Part shown: piece after piece, positions 1-13,732 of the stretch
How positions within the stretch are numbered: position 1 is the first letter of the stretch
Layout of the letters: each line of letters starts with the position of its first letter
NCBI RefSeq assembly: GCF_009914755.1
Contig: NC_060930.1
DNA: 64,000 nucleotides
Origin: the human T2T-CHM13v2.0 reference genome, Homo sapiens
Strand: one strand, 5' to 3'
Position numbers and translations under genes: made by a program
Notes under the pieces: model-generated
Told to the model about the DNA's origin: nothing
What the model saw: only the letters and a program-made list of their open reading frames with translations
The model's database searches: none

Positions 1-773
1 ATAATTTTTCTGTGGTTCAGATACAACAAATAGTTTCATGTGTTTATGTACCCAACTATCCTCCTCCATCTACCCTCTAACTATCCTCTATCAATCTATT
101 TATAGACCATATATACATATTGTGTTGAGGTCTTTAATGAACCAGATTCTCAACTGAAGTTGAAAATATGAACAACCTTATATCCATTGAGCCAATGTGC
201 TCTATAGACGAAGAAATTTAAGGTGAATGAATGTTTTCTAGAGGTGGTGTAGTAACTGGAGGCAAGAGTATTCAAAAACATAGAATAAGTATGCCTATTC
301 CAGCACACTGGAGAGTTTGTGTTTACCACCAATTATTTCTTTTTGTTTGATTACATAACTTCATTGAGACAGTTTAAATTGAATGGCATCTATTTCTTGT
401 GGAATAAGTTCTTTACACAACTAGAAACTTAATTTTGCTTGCATCACCTATAACTAATATACCATATGAAAGATCATTTTTAGATATCTATGTGGGCCAT
501 TGAAGTATCAAGTAATTTTACTCACTGCCTTGAGTTTTCTCTGTTATTTGAAGCCCAAACAAAATTAAATTGTACTTTCTCATTTTGGAGAAGAGGATAA
601 GGGAATGGTTGAGATTATCTTTGAAAACTAACAAGTTAATTAGAAAATGAATCGTTTGTATTTATTTATTATTTTTATAAAATCTCTTGTAGATACTAGG
701 ATATACATAAAGACAATACAAAGCAAATGAAGTTAGAATATGAAACTTAGAACTTATAAGAAAATGGTAGTAA

Positions 774-1188
<415 letters not shown>

Positions 1189-1472
1189 TGACATGCTATG
1201 TTATTTCAATCATAAAACAATCAAATGTCTCCTCTTTTCTGAGTGATTAATACAAAAGATTGGCTACTATTAAAGTCTTATTAGCTTAGTTTTCTGGAAT
1301 TAAATTTCGAATTTAGATTTTATTTTCTCATTCTTTAATGTACCTTTCATTTTAGTATCAGGATATTTATATCACTTATGATTTTAAAATATTAAGGTAG
1401 TTCTGGACTTCTATTTGCCTACATGATTCAAAGTTCTTTGTGAAAAAAAATCAACATTTATTGTTAATTATT

Positions 1473-1790
1473 CTTTTTGTTTGCTTGTTTTGTTTTTGAG
1501 ACAGGGTCTGGTTCTCTTGCCCTGGCTGGAGTGCAGTGGTGCAACTGACTCACTGCAACACCCACCTCCAGAGCTCAAGTGATCCTTCCACCTCATCCTC
1601 CCACCTCAGCCTCCTGAGTAGCTGGGACTTCAGGTGCAAACCACCAAACCTGAACAATGTTTGTATTTTTTGAATAGTCAGGGTTTCACCATGTTGCCCA
1701 GGCTGATCTCCAACTCCTGAGCTCAAGTGAGCTGGCCGCCTCAAACTCCCAAAGTGCTGAGAATACAGGCATGAGTCACTGTGCCAGACC
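1473..1790 (-). mobile_element. Alu SINE (older, AluJ-like)
   Basis: gagacagggtct...gctcaagtgatccttccacctc...cccaaagtgctgagaatacaggcatgag; CpG-depleted; (GTTT)-type tail. Confidence 0.92.
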
Positions 1791-1871
1791 AAATATTCTT
1801 AATTCTAAAAGAAACGTGGTCCCACTCACTCTGTAATATTGCTATATAAAATTTTAACTCTTTGATACCAG

Positions 1872-1913
1872 AAAACTGATGAGGATTTTATGACAACTAA
1901 AAATCATCACCAG
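1872..1913 (+). other. Candidate 42-nt cassette exon in unique DNA (host transcript unknown)
   Basis: Acceptor ttttaactctttgataccAG| and consensus donor CAG|GTAAGT. Phase-0 frame is open (KTDEDFMTTKNHHQ). Motif evidence only. Confidence 0.35.
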
Positions 1914-2674
1914 GTAAGTCTCCTTTCCCAAAACTACTATAACACTCTACAAATTATTAATAAGTTGAGCAAGTAGCTCTGGATTTGAGGAAATTATCTG
2001 TAATTCTTCTCAATAAAAGAAAGTCACAGAGAGTTTTAAGTAAATGTGTACTTCCTATGGATTTTAGTAGTCCACAGTGTTTTCGTTTATTTTTGTGATC
2101 ATTTGTTTGGTGCCTACATTATGCTTATTTGTGCGTGGTACACAGATGGAAGATGTCCACCCTGACACCAATACTGGAAGATCTTCATTTCAAGTGGTCA
2201 CAGCCCTCCCTTTTAAGATCTTGCAGCTTAGATAAAATGTACTTTAGAAATGGAGTCTGACATAATTTGGGTCAGCACTGGATCCAATTAACTATGGGCA
2301 GAAGGAAGCATCCGAAATGATATGATGCTTTTTTGGAAGTTGGAGCACATTAAAATAAATGAGGACATAGAGTGTGGTAGGGAACTAACTGTTTATCCAG
2401 AAGTATTAGTGTTTATATTAGAGTTTATCATTCTATATGCCTTTCACTTTTGACTCATATTTTCAGCAATAATACACATAAAAATAAAATATTTGTATAA
2501 ACTCAGCTTTTCTTTTAGACCCATTCTGTTAGAACTTTTCTCTCTCAGCAAGTGAAGAAACACAACAGCAAGCCTTTGCTTGGCCTAGCACATGATCCTC
2601 CCTACGTGCAGAGTGAAGCAGGGCATTGGATCTGCTAACATCATTCAGAATAATGTTTAAAAATACTCATCATT

Positions 2675-2971
2675 GGCCGGGCGCGGTGGCTCACGCCTGT
2701 AATCCCAGCACTTTGGGAGGCCGAGGCAGGCGGATCATGAGGTCAGGGGATCGAGACTATCCTGGCTAACACGGTGAAACCCCGCCTCTACAAAAAATAC
2801 AAAAAATTAGCCGGGCGCGGTGGAGGGCGCCTGTAGTCCCAGCTACTAGTGATGCTGAGGCAGGAGAATGGCGTCCCCGGGAGGCGGAGGTTGCAGTGAG
2901 CCGAGACAGCGCCACTGCACTCTGGCCTGGGTGAAAGAGTGAGACTCCGTCAAAAAAAAAAAAAGAAAGAA
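2675..2971 (+). mobile_element. AluY-type SINE, full length
   Basis: ggccgggcgcggtggctcacgcc... with many CpGs retained and an A tail. Degenerate TSD aaaaatactcatcatt / aaaaaacctcatcgtt. Confidence 0.95.
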
Positions 2972-4413
2972 AAAAAACCTCATCGTTTATTTTACCCTAT
3001 AAGAAAAAGGCATGTGTATGTATACTTGACCACATGCTGTTTTGTAATAATTTTCTCATGTTCTTTTTTCCCTCTTAGTAACTCAGAAGCTTTTGTTTCA
3101 AGTGCTACCTTTCATGTATTAACAAATCTTACGTAAAATTCTGAGCCACACTTATTCTTAAAAGAGGAATCAATAATAGTTTATGCTTGCCTATATTACA
3201 TATTATTATGAATAATGTTCAATCCTGATAGAAAGCAAGATGCTGGTTCCCTCCGTGGTGGAGTAGTGATTGAGAGGGTATATGTATTCTATTATTGATT
3301 GATTTGAGTGTTGATTCCCTGGGCATATTTGCTTTTTGAAAATTGCTTGAACTGAATAACTATTATATGCATTTATATAATATTTCCTTGTAAATTTAAC
3401 TTAAATTTGTCTTTGAATCACTAGCCTGTAAGATATCATGGGATGTTTAATATCATTAAGATTTCATGTGTATATATGCAGTTTGAAATAACAATTTCAA
3501 TTTTGAAAGAGACAGAATGTTATTTAAGTTGAAATAGAATCATCAAAATACATGACATTCTTATTTCTCAGGGGTGTGTGTGTATGTGTTTGTGTGTGTA
3601 ACACATTGTCAAGGAGGTGTTTTAGCACAATATTTTTAAAAATTCATTTTAACTGCCTGTACCTACTTTTTATTTTCTTTCAAAGGCAGGATCCTCCAAA
3701 ATGTTTTTCATTTCTTGAAAAGTAACTTAGCTTCCACAAGAATAATAAAATAGACAGTATAGCAGGATACCCTACAGCGAACTACCATGGCAACAGATAC
3801 TTTGGCCGAATCTTTCTAACCGTGGGCAAATCTGCCCAAGGCTGTCAAATCCAGTATCTCCAAATTGCCATTGAAAATATTAATGTTGCAAGAGGAATAA
3901 CATTCTGTTTTGGTCATACATTTACTTAAGATAAATAACCAGCCATCGTGAATCACGGAGAAATCACGTGACCAAGCATTATATGTATATTGAAGTAAAT
4001 ATTAAATATGAATCATTTATAATTTTATTAAATTACTATATGGTAAAAAATATCGATTAAGTGAATCAGCATGGAGATTTTTATCCAGTTATATTAGTTT
4101 ACAAAGTTCTGACAGAGCAAAGATTAGAGAATTAAATACTAGGTTGTAATTGACTCTATATGGTAATGTATCTACCAGCATAAAATGTATTTATATACAT
4201 TGTTTAACTTTAATACTCATCTTCTTCAATTCAGTATACTCAGATATGTCTTCCTGTTGATCGACATCACTTATGTTTCACTGCTCCAGGAAGATTTAGG
4301 ATAGGTGGCTGGGCAGACTGGAGGGATTTGGTGAAGAGAAACTGAAGAGGGGAAAAGGTAGAAGGAGAGATGAGGGAAAGGTAGGAGGAGAGAGGAGGGA
4401 AAGGAAAAGGAAG

Positions 4414-5029
4414 TGTGATCGTTAATTTTGGGGGTCAACTTGACTGGTTTAGGGAATACCTAGAGAACTGTTAATGCATTAATTACTTCTGGATGTATCT
4501 GTGAGAGTGATGGAGTCTGTGGACTGAGTGAAGAAGATCTGCTCTCGATGTGGGCAGGACCATCCAATTGGATGGTGGCCTGGAGAGAACAAAATAGTAA
4601 GAAAGGGTTTCAGCTCTCACTGCCATGGAGCTAGGACTCTCTCTTCCTCTTGCTCTTGGGCATGAGAATTCTAGGTTCTCTGGCCTTGGGACTCCTGGAC
4701 TTACAGCAGAGCCCCCAACTCCCTGCTCCCCCACCCTCCCCAGTTTCTCAGGTCTTCAGCTTCTCTGCTTCTGAGGCTTTGAGATTTGGAGTGAGGCTGG
4801 CAACCTGTATCCCAGGGTCTCCAGCTTGCAAACAGCTTGTTGTGAGACTCCAGTCTCCATAATCCTATGAACCAATTCCCCTAATAAATCACTTCACACT
4901 TATGTTTGTTTCTATCTATCTATCTATCTATCCATCCATCCATCCATCCATCCATCCATCCATCCATCCATCCACCTACCTACCGTCTATCTGTGCTATT
5001 GGTTCTGTCTCTCAGGAGAACCCTAATAC
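4414..5029 (+). mobile_element. MLT2 (ERVL) solo LTR, MLT2C/D-like
   Basis: Starts tgtgatcgttaattttgggggtcaacttgactgg and ends ggttctgtctctcaggagaaccctaatac, matching MLT2 termini. AATAAA near 4883. Confidence 0.85.
4911..4983. repeat. (TCTA)n(TCCA)n tetranucleotide STR inside the MLT2 LTR
   Basis: Read directly from the sequence. Confidence 0.95.
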
Positions 5030-5229
5030 CCAAAGTGAGTTAAATTGTAAGAAGGAGAAAGAGGAGATGTGGAAGAGGAGGCAGTTGAGGAAAAGCAGTG
5101 AGGAGACTTAGGATGATAAGCACTATATTCCTAGCTTCCCTTATGAATGGGAAAGTCCCCATGGGAGGAAATTCTGACAAATGGAGTTTTAATGAAAACG
5201 CTCTGTGAGGACTTGTGATATTTTCCTTT

Positions 5230-5462
5230 AAATGAAATTTAAAGAGCCTTTTTCTCTTTTCCTGAATCCTAGAATAACTTTGTGAATGGGAGCCACATGC
5301 AACAGAGAAGTTACAAGGGGTTGAGAGGACATAGAACTAAGCAACCGTAACAGCAACCCCCATTACCGTTCTTCAAATGTTTCATGTCAGGAAAAAAAAT
5401 GTCTGTATTGTTTATGCCACAATTTTTAGGTCTTTCTCACAGCCAAACCTATCCTAACTAAA
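5230..5462 (+). mobile_element. Old MaLR (MLT1J/K-like) LTR 3' fragment
   Basis: Ends ...tttttaggtctttctcacagccaaacctatcctaacta, resembling the MLT1 3' terminus; highly diverged. Confidence 0.4.
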
Positions 5463-6903
5463 CTGAGGCACATTTAACCTCCCATGTGCCAGATATAGAG
5501 CTGGAAACTCAGGATACAAAGGTGACTTTTGAAATCTGGAGACTGAGGATTAAATATTAAATCTAGTGGAATGAACAGTGATCAGTGTTGCAGTATTACC
5601 TGCAATGTGGAGTGCTGTAAAATGAGGTCTGGTAAAGCTTTGTCAGGAAGATGAGCCTTGAATTGACACTTGTCTTAAGGCAGGCCTCATGTCAGAAAGA
5701 ATAAACTCATTGAATACACAATTGATCTAAATGTAAGTAGTTCTTACGCCAAAATCATGTAATCTGTATGTGAGAGCAATATAAGACAAGCCGTTAATCT
5801 ACCTGGTGTAGTAAAGGCCAAATACTGAAACACTTCTTGAACTGATCTAACGGATTTCAATTTGTACTCTGTCCTATGTGCAACAGAGCAATATTTGAAG
5901 AGTTTTGAGTATTGGCAATGAATTGATTATGCATTTGTTTTTATATACTCTCCAGAAAGGTGGATTGAAATAATGAGATGGAAAATTGGACACTCAATTA
6001 GCTCTGAAATAAGACATGGCAGATGGAAAAGGTTGAACAGAAACTAAAGATGATAATTGTAGAATTAAGAATTTCCTTTTTCTTTCTCTAACTTATTGGA
6101 ATATGGTTACTGAAGCTTCTCATCGTTACCTGAGTATGGCTTGTCTCTGTTTGATGTTGCTGTCTCTTTTAAAAGCACTAGTTATAGTTATGGACTAAAC
6201 TCTAGCCTCCCTGCTGTTTCCAAGGAATTAGTTCTTGAGCTTCTTTTTTTACAGTATTATTCCTTTCTGGGTGATTTCTGCCACCTCAAAGATTGCAACC
6301 ACCATCTATATATTACAGTATTAGAAGTCTTTGAGCATATACATATCAAACATAGTAGAGATATTAATAGACATGATTTATATGTCCATATTTAATATTT
6401 GGGCAAAACCAATAATGAAAGCACACTGTACCAGGACAGAGATAACTTAATTGGCTAAGCTATTAAATTGAAAGTGTCTGCATCATAAATGAGTAATTCA
6501 GCACACCTGGGTATGTATCAATTAGCTTAAAAAACAGGATGTTGGCAAATTCCCAGAAGACTATTTTGTACTCTTCCACTCACCAGTCACTTTTCCCCAC
6601 CAGCAAAGATAAACACTATCCTGACTTTTGAAGATATAAGTTTGTCATTCTAGTTTGAATATTTTATGTAAACAGAATAATACAAAATATAATCTTTTGT
6701 GTCTAGCACCTTTGAACAATATTTTCTTTGAGAGATTCATTTATATTTTGTGTACTCGTAAGATACATATTATTATTTTTGGATAGTATTCTGATGAATG
6801 AACATACATTTATTATTCAGTCTGTTGTTAATAGGCATTTTGGACTAGCCTAAGTAGTGCCATAAAAAACATTTTAGCAGGCGCATGCTGGACATTTATT
6901 TAC

Positions 6904-7192
6904 TTTTTCTTTTTTTTTATTATACTTTAAGTTTTAGGGTACATGTGCACAATGTGCAGGTTTGTTACTTATGTATACATGTGCCATGCTGGTATGCTGT
7001 ACCCATTAACTCTTCATTTAATATTAGGTATATCTCCTAATGCTATCCCTCCCCCCCTCCCCCAACCCCACAACAGGCCCCGGTGTGTGATGTTCCCGTT
7101 CCTGTGTCCACGTGTTCTCATTGTTCAGTTCCCACCTATGAGTGAGAACATGAGGTGTTTGGTTTTTTGTCCTTGCGATAGTCTGCTGAGAA
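6904..7192 (-). mobile_element. Young L1PA 3' end, 5'-truncated to about 290 bp, inserted in the older L1M
   Basis: ttattatactttaagttttagggtacatgtgcacaatgtgcaggtttgttac...gagtgagaacatg... is the canonical L1PA 3' UTR. Flanks tgctggacatt / tgctggccatt resemble a TSD. Confidence 0.93.
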
Positions 7193-8006
7193 ATCTGCTG
7201 GCCATTGCTTTGGTGATGTACCCAGGAGTGAGTCACAAGTTATGCATGTGTTCAGCATTAGTAAATACTGCCTAAGGGTTTTGTGAATTGTACAAATACT
7301 TCTATATACCCCTTCACTTGAAGCCTCTGATACTTTAATTTCTTACCAGTTTGGCATTATCTATTTCATTTCAGCCACTCTGATGGTTGTATATAAATAC
7401 AGTATGTTACTTTTGATTTGCATTTTTTGATGACTAATGATGAGTTGCATTACTTTATCTTATTAATTTGAAAGAGATCCTTATACATTACAATTAAGAA
7501 TTCTGTATCATATATATGAATATATAGTGAACAGCACCTCCCACTCTATGGGTTGCCCTTTCACCATGAAGTATACCTTGAGGAACAGAAGTTCTGTGAG
7601 TATAATATTGTTCATTTTATGAATTATTTTTCTTTTGGTCAGCAATTGTATGTCTTGCTTAAGAAATATTTGCCTACCTCAGGCTCAACTAGAAAAATCT
7701 TCTGTGTTTTTTCTCAATGTTTTACTGTTTCATATGTTAAATCTTGATCTGCATTCTGTCGAAAATTGATTTTCACATAAGCATTGTCACTGTTATTACA
7801 CTACATGGAGTTGTATATGATTAGGTCTCTTTCTGGGCTCTCTATTCAACTTTATAGTTCATTTCATCTATGCTTTTCTAATTAGTATTACTTTATAATA
7901 GATCTTCATATCTGGAAGTGGTCCATTTTTACTTTTTATTTTCGTGATTGCTTTGGGTATTCATGACTTCATATTTCCTGGTACATTTTATTTTCCCCTG
8001 GTCAGT

Positions 8007-8029
<23 letters not shown>

Positions 8030-8060
<31 letters not shown>

Positions 8061-8078
8061 GCAGAGATTTTGAACTGT
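8030..8078. repeat. (CA)n microsatellite, about 24 units
   Basis: Read directly from the sequence. Confidence 0.98.
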
Positions 8079-11000
8079 GTTGAATATATTCATTCATTTT
8101 GGGAGAAATTACATCTTTAGAATATTGTGTTTTATCATCAGTGAACATGGCATATTATAATTTTTTGTTCTTTAAAATATCTTCCTAATGTCTAGAGCTT
8201 TCAGAACAGTCTTCTCCCATGTGTTTTGCCAGATTTATTTCTAGGAATGTAATGTTTCTTTGACGTTATTATAATTGATTTTATATGTTTAAATGCATTT
8301 TCCACTTGCTATTACTTTTCTGGAATATACATATAAAATTGATTTATGTATATTGACCTTCTATCCTTGAACTTTGGTAAATGTACTTCTTAATTCAATT
8401 TGTCTGATATTTCTGAATATTTTACATATATTGTATCATTCATAAATAATGCAAGTTTTGTTTCTTTCTTTCTCAATTTTACGTATTTTATTTAATTTTG
8501 TTGCTTTATTGCACTGCTTTTAACCACCAATATAATAATAAATAGAAATGAAGATAATTGGCATCTCAATTGCAATTCCAAATTGGATGATGGAGAGGAG
8601 ATGGAATATTTTATCATTTACTACATTAGATAACAGTGTTCTGCAGATACTCTTTATTAGATTAAGAAAATTCCTTTTGGACTTAGTCTGTACAATTAAA
8701 AAATTATAATTTTTTTCAAATATTGTTGCTGTCTTTAATTTTGTCAGTCTACTGAATTGTAGTAGATGATTTTCAATCTATGTTAAACCAAACTGGCGCT
8801 GCTGGATCATGCATCACTTTGTGTCATGATGTGTTATCCTTTTTACTTATCACTAAATTCAATGTGCTAATAATATGTTTTAGGAATTTTGTATCTTTGT
8901 TCATAAGAAATATTGGCCTACAATTTCACTTTTTAAAATATTGTTTTAGTATTATTGTAACAAAATAATACTTTTCTGATAATATGAGTTAGGAAGATTA
9001 TACTAAATTTCTGAAAAACATATAACATTGATTTTTCATTCAATATTTATAAAAATTCTCTTATGATACTGTGCTTGGAGCTTTCTTCGCGTGAAAGTTT
9101 TACTTGTGGATTATATCATTGCTATATTAAGGGCTATTCAGTTTTTTTTTTATCTTGTATAATTTATGTGTTCGAAAAGTTTTTTCATTTTGAATAACTT
9201 GTCAAATTTATCAGCACATAATATTGATAGTGAGATTTTCTTTTTTACTTCTGATGTTGGTCTATTGGTCTTTTTTTTTTTTCTCTCTCTCCTATCTCTT
9301 GGTCACTGACGCTAGAAATTTAGCAATTTAATATTTTCAAAGAACCAACTTTTAGCTTTGTTAACTATGTCTATTACATGTCTATTTTCCATTTAAATGA
9401 TTTCTGGCATTTATTTTGATTATTTCTTCCCAGTTTCGTTGAGCTTACTTATTCTTTTTTATTAGCTCCTATAGTGACAGTATAGGTAACTTATTTTCAA
9501 CTTTTAGTATGTTTTAATATAGGCATTTATGCTATAGTATCTTTTAAGTATTCTAATTAAATCTTACAGGCTTTGATAGATCATATTGTTATTAATAATC
9601 ACTTCAAATTATTTACTAATTTTCAATATAATATCTTCTTGAACTAATGAGTTACGTTAAGTGTTTCATGCAAATATTCACACACATATCCATTTTTGTC
9701 TTTCAAACAATAGAACCATAATTTAATCCATAGTTTTCAGAGAACCTATACATTAATTTAAAACGTTTGTTATTTTGCAGACATTTATGACCCAATACAC
9801 AGTAAATCTTAACAGATGTACTATATGCATTTTCTAGTTATTGATTGTAGTGTTCAATATATATGTCACTGGATCAAACTAGTTAATTTTTCTTGTTCAA
9901 TTCTTATATATAGCTAATGATTTTTTTTGACAGCTGGTCTATCACTTATGGAATGAGGTGTATTAAAATTTCCAGAAATTATCATGGATTTGTCTATTTG
10001 TGCTTTTCAGTCAACTTTTTAAAAGTATATATATATAATTGAACCCAAGTTATAAACAGTATATAAATTTACAATTGCATAACTTCCTGTTAATGTATTA
10101 TTATATTTTTATGCAATGTCTGTCTCCAATAATAGCTCCTGTACTTTTTTCCAATCATTTTAAATGTATCTGAGTTTTTAATGTTTAAAATCTACTTATA
10201 CATGACTGGCTATAGAGTCTTGTTTATTTTAATCCAATCTGTAATGATTTTTCCCTTTTAATTATAGTATTATGTCCATTTACTTCTAATTTGAATACAT
10301 AGAGTTAGGTTCACTTTCAATATCTTGTACTTGTTTTATCTTTTCCAAATCTATTTTGTTTCCTTCTTTCCATTTTTTTCTTTCATATGATCAAGTGCCT
10401 TTATTATATCTTACTTTCTGTATGCAATGTTTTACTTATGTGTTTTACTAGCTTTATTTTTTTGGTTACGTTGAAATTACAAAACAAACAACTCAAAATT
10501 AACAAAGAATATTACCTCATATTAGTCTATCTTTAAATTAGTATATCTTTTATGATGTGTGCAGTTTTTAAAACTTAGAATTATTTAACTTCATTTGCTG
10601 AATATATATAAATGCCCTCCAAAATTGTTTCGATTTTCATACCACCAGTGAATCAAAACCCAAGGTTTCCTAGACCCTCCAAAATATAGTATTGTGCAAT
10701 TTTTTATTTTTTGCCAGCTTAATAATGAAATAAGAGTTTATTATAATTTTTATTTGTGTTTCTCACTGACTTATGAATGTTCTCAACTTTTCATATGATG
10801 AATGTTCATGTGTTTTCTCTATTGTGAGTTTCCTTTTTTTAACTATTTCCTTTTATAATTTTTAACATTGTTACAAGATGATAGAACTTATTTATGTACC
10901 ATTCAAAATATGTAATGTTGAGTCAATGATTATCAAATAACATATGAGATACAGATATTATTCAGTGCCCATCTTATAAAGCATAATATTAGCAATGCTA

Positions 11001-11094
11001 TTGAAACTATGTAAGTTTTTTCCCAATGCCCTTACTCTGCTTAGAGTTAATGGTAATTTTGAATTTTGTCTCTACCATTTCTTTGCTTTAAAAA

Positions 11095-12680
11095 AAGTAT
11101 GTATCAAGGTGCGTATCTCTTTGATTGTATCCCTATTCAGAGTTCATTGAGTTTGTTTTGGATATGTAGATGCAGAATTTTCACCAAATGGAAAGTTTTT
11201 AGCCATTATTTTTTCAGACATTCTTTTTACTCTTTTCTTTCTCTCCTCTCCTTCTGAGACTACCTTACACATATAGTGATATCTTTGATGGTGTCACCCA
11301 CAGGTCTCTTAAGCTTTGTTAATTTCTTTTAGTCAATCTTTTATGTTACTATGTTTTAGATGGGATACTTTTAACTACTAATATTCAAATTTGTTGATTC
11401 TCTTATGCCTGCTCAAATCTACTGCTGAAGAATTCTAGTAAAATTTTTATTTCAGCTATTGTACTTTTCAGTTCCAGAATTTCTATTTGCTTCCTTTTTA
11501 TTTTTTTTCTCTTGACTAATTTTCTAGATTTGTTGGAACATAATTCTCCTTGTTTTATTTAGTTCTTTGTCTGTGTTTTTCCTTAGTATGTTTAGCATTT
11601 TTAAAACTGTGGATTAAAGCCTTTATTTAGTAAGCCCAATGTCTGGGGTGCCTCAGGAATGATTTTGGTCAGTTTGTTCTTTTCCTATGAGTGGGCCATA
11701 CTTTTTGTTTCTCTCCATTACCAATATTTTTATTGTTGTTGAAAATTGGACATTTTGAATTTTACAGTCTAGTAACTCTATAAATCTAAATCTCCCCTTC
11801 CCAGAATTTGCTGTTGCTTGTGGATTACAGTTGTCTGTTATTCTGTAACTTTTATAAACCATCTTTGCAAAGACTTTTCATTCCAGTATCTCATTGGTCC
11901 TCCAGTAACCTGACAGAAATTTCCTTCAATGCCTGCAGCTAAAAAGAAAAATAAATTAAAAACAACAAAACAAAACACAACAAAATTCTCCTGGTCTTTG
12001 CAGATTGGCTCTGAGCTAGAACAAGTTGAGTGAACCTCTGGTTTAGTCCTCATTTTCTGCTTATGCAGGTCCCAAAGATCAGTCTTTTCCATGTATGCTT
12101 CCAGCCCTAGATATGCACGTGGTCTCCAGGATTCTCCAGTGTATGTGGGAGTCCTTTGAATTTTGATTCCTCCATGTGTCTTCTTCTCCAGCCTCCTGTT
12201 TTCCAAGCTTTTTGTCTGTCAGTTGCTTGCACCATTTGCTATCCCTTGCACCTAGTGGTTATGCATAGTATATACCTTTAAATGCTTCTGACCAATGCTG
12301 TCCAAAAGGGTGCTCCAGCCTTAGGAGTTGTCTAAGAGAATCCGTCATAGAGCTGCTGTCAAAATGAACAATCACAATTCTTTGAGAACAAAGTCTTTAT
12401 TGCTCCCTCTGGTACCATCAAGCCACACCAAAAATATGCATCATAAATTCCACAGCCACGATTGAGCTCGGAAGCAGGGGATGATAAATGAGTAAAATGA
12501 CACACCACTCTGTTACCACAATTTAGCATTTGTTTTCTTCATTAAACACTCCCCTGGTTGTTGTAAGTGTTTGATTAGATTCCCACATTCTGAAAAGGAT
12601 TATTCTGACAGTTTTTGCCAGGCTAACGGTTGCTGAAACAGAAGAGCAGATCCTTGGAGCTCCAGACTCCACCATTTTCA
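11095..12680 (-). mobile_element. Old L1M (L1MC/MD-like) 5' UTR and ORF1 remnant
   Basis: Antisense ORF1-like text (tttttagccattatttttt; gtacttttcagttccagaatttctattt). Ends at ggagctccagactccaccatttt, the reverse complement of an L1 5' start (aaaatggtggagt). Confidence 0.65.
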
Positions 12681-12749
12681 GTGTGGTCCTCCCATTCCTT
12701 TGCTTATCATTGTTCTATTTGTGTGTGTGTGTGTACGTGTGTAAGCATG

Positions 12750-13130
12750 TATCACTACCTTCCTGTGTAATATTTCCAAGGTACAGATGTATTCTTTTTT
12801 ACTCAATATTGTGGTTTGTGTGATGGCATCTGGTTTGTTGGTAATTTTTATTTATTGTTCAGTTACATTATATTCCATTGTGTGACTGTTCCACAGTTTA
12901 TTATTCTGTCCTTCTCTCAACTGGTATTTGTGTTGTTTTCAGTGTTTTGCTATAACAAATTGCTACTATGAATATTCCTATCTTCTGGAGCATTTATTCA
13001 CTAGCAGTTCTCTAGAGGTTATATCAAGTTGTTGAATTTCTGGGTTATAGTGTATGCACATTTTTTAAATTGCATGATCATCTCATAATGCACTTCAAAA
13101 TTATTGTGCCAAATATTCTGACTAGCAGTA
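12750..13130 (-). mobile_element. L1ME-like 3' fragment
   Basis: tattccattgtgtgactgttccacagttt...ttttgctataacaaattgctactatgaatatt. Confidence 0.6.
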
Positions 13131-13732
13131 TTTACTTGGGGAGTAGTAGTTATGGGACGACCCCAGATTCTTAGTTATGGAGAGTCTTCTCTGGGATCTG
13201 ACATACACCCTAGCCACCCTGTATTTTCTCCTATATAATTCATTTACTATCTTCAGAGAAAAGAAATTATTTTTTCAATTGTTCCTTAATAAGCAAAGGC
13301 AAATGCCAGACATTCCACAAGTAGTAATGGGATCAATTTCTACTCATAAGGATAGCTATAAATGAAGAAACAAGGAAAAATAGATTCTAAACAATTATAT
13401 ATATGTGTTGCTATATTCCTGACAAATGAGGACCTTAACTTATGAAATAATAAAAATAACCTATTAAGGTTATTTTATTTACTGAACATAAATGGCTTTC
13501 ATAAAATAGCTATTAGATTTGATACTTTCAACCTGACAACCGTTTACAGCTATAAATATTATTTTTAGTTTAAAATTAGGAAATGTACTATAACAAACCA
13601 CACGTGTGAGAATTAAGTACCTAGAATCACCTTGGTTATGGTTTACCTAAATTATTTGTTCATTAACAATTGAAATGTATACCCAATGAAAGGGTAATTT
13701 CCTAATATTTATTATAAAAGCAATACCTGGTT

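Larger units (their letters stand above)
6500..10600 (-). mobile_element. Ancient L1M (3' UTR and ORF2 remnants), fragmented
   Basis: Long T-rich stretch with antisense L1 ORF2-like phrases (ttttcaaagaaccaacttttagctttg; gatattgaccttctatcc-like; tattggcctacaattt). Boundaries approximate. Confidence 0.7.

Noticed and set aside
4340-5105. Polypurine tract split by MLT2 (triplex potential)
   Set aside because: Low-complexity GA-rich DNA without a clear mirror repeat; common in the genome.
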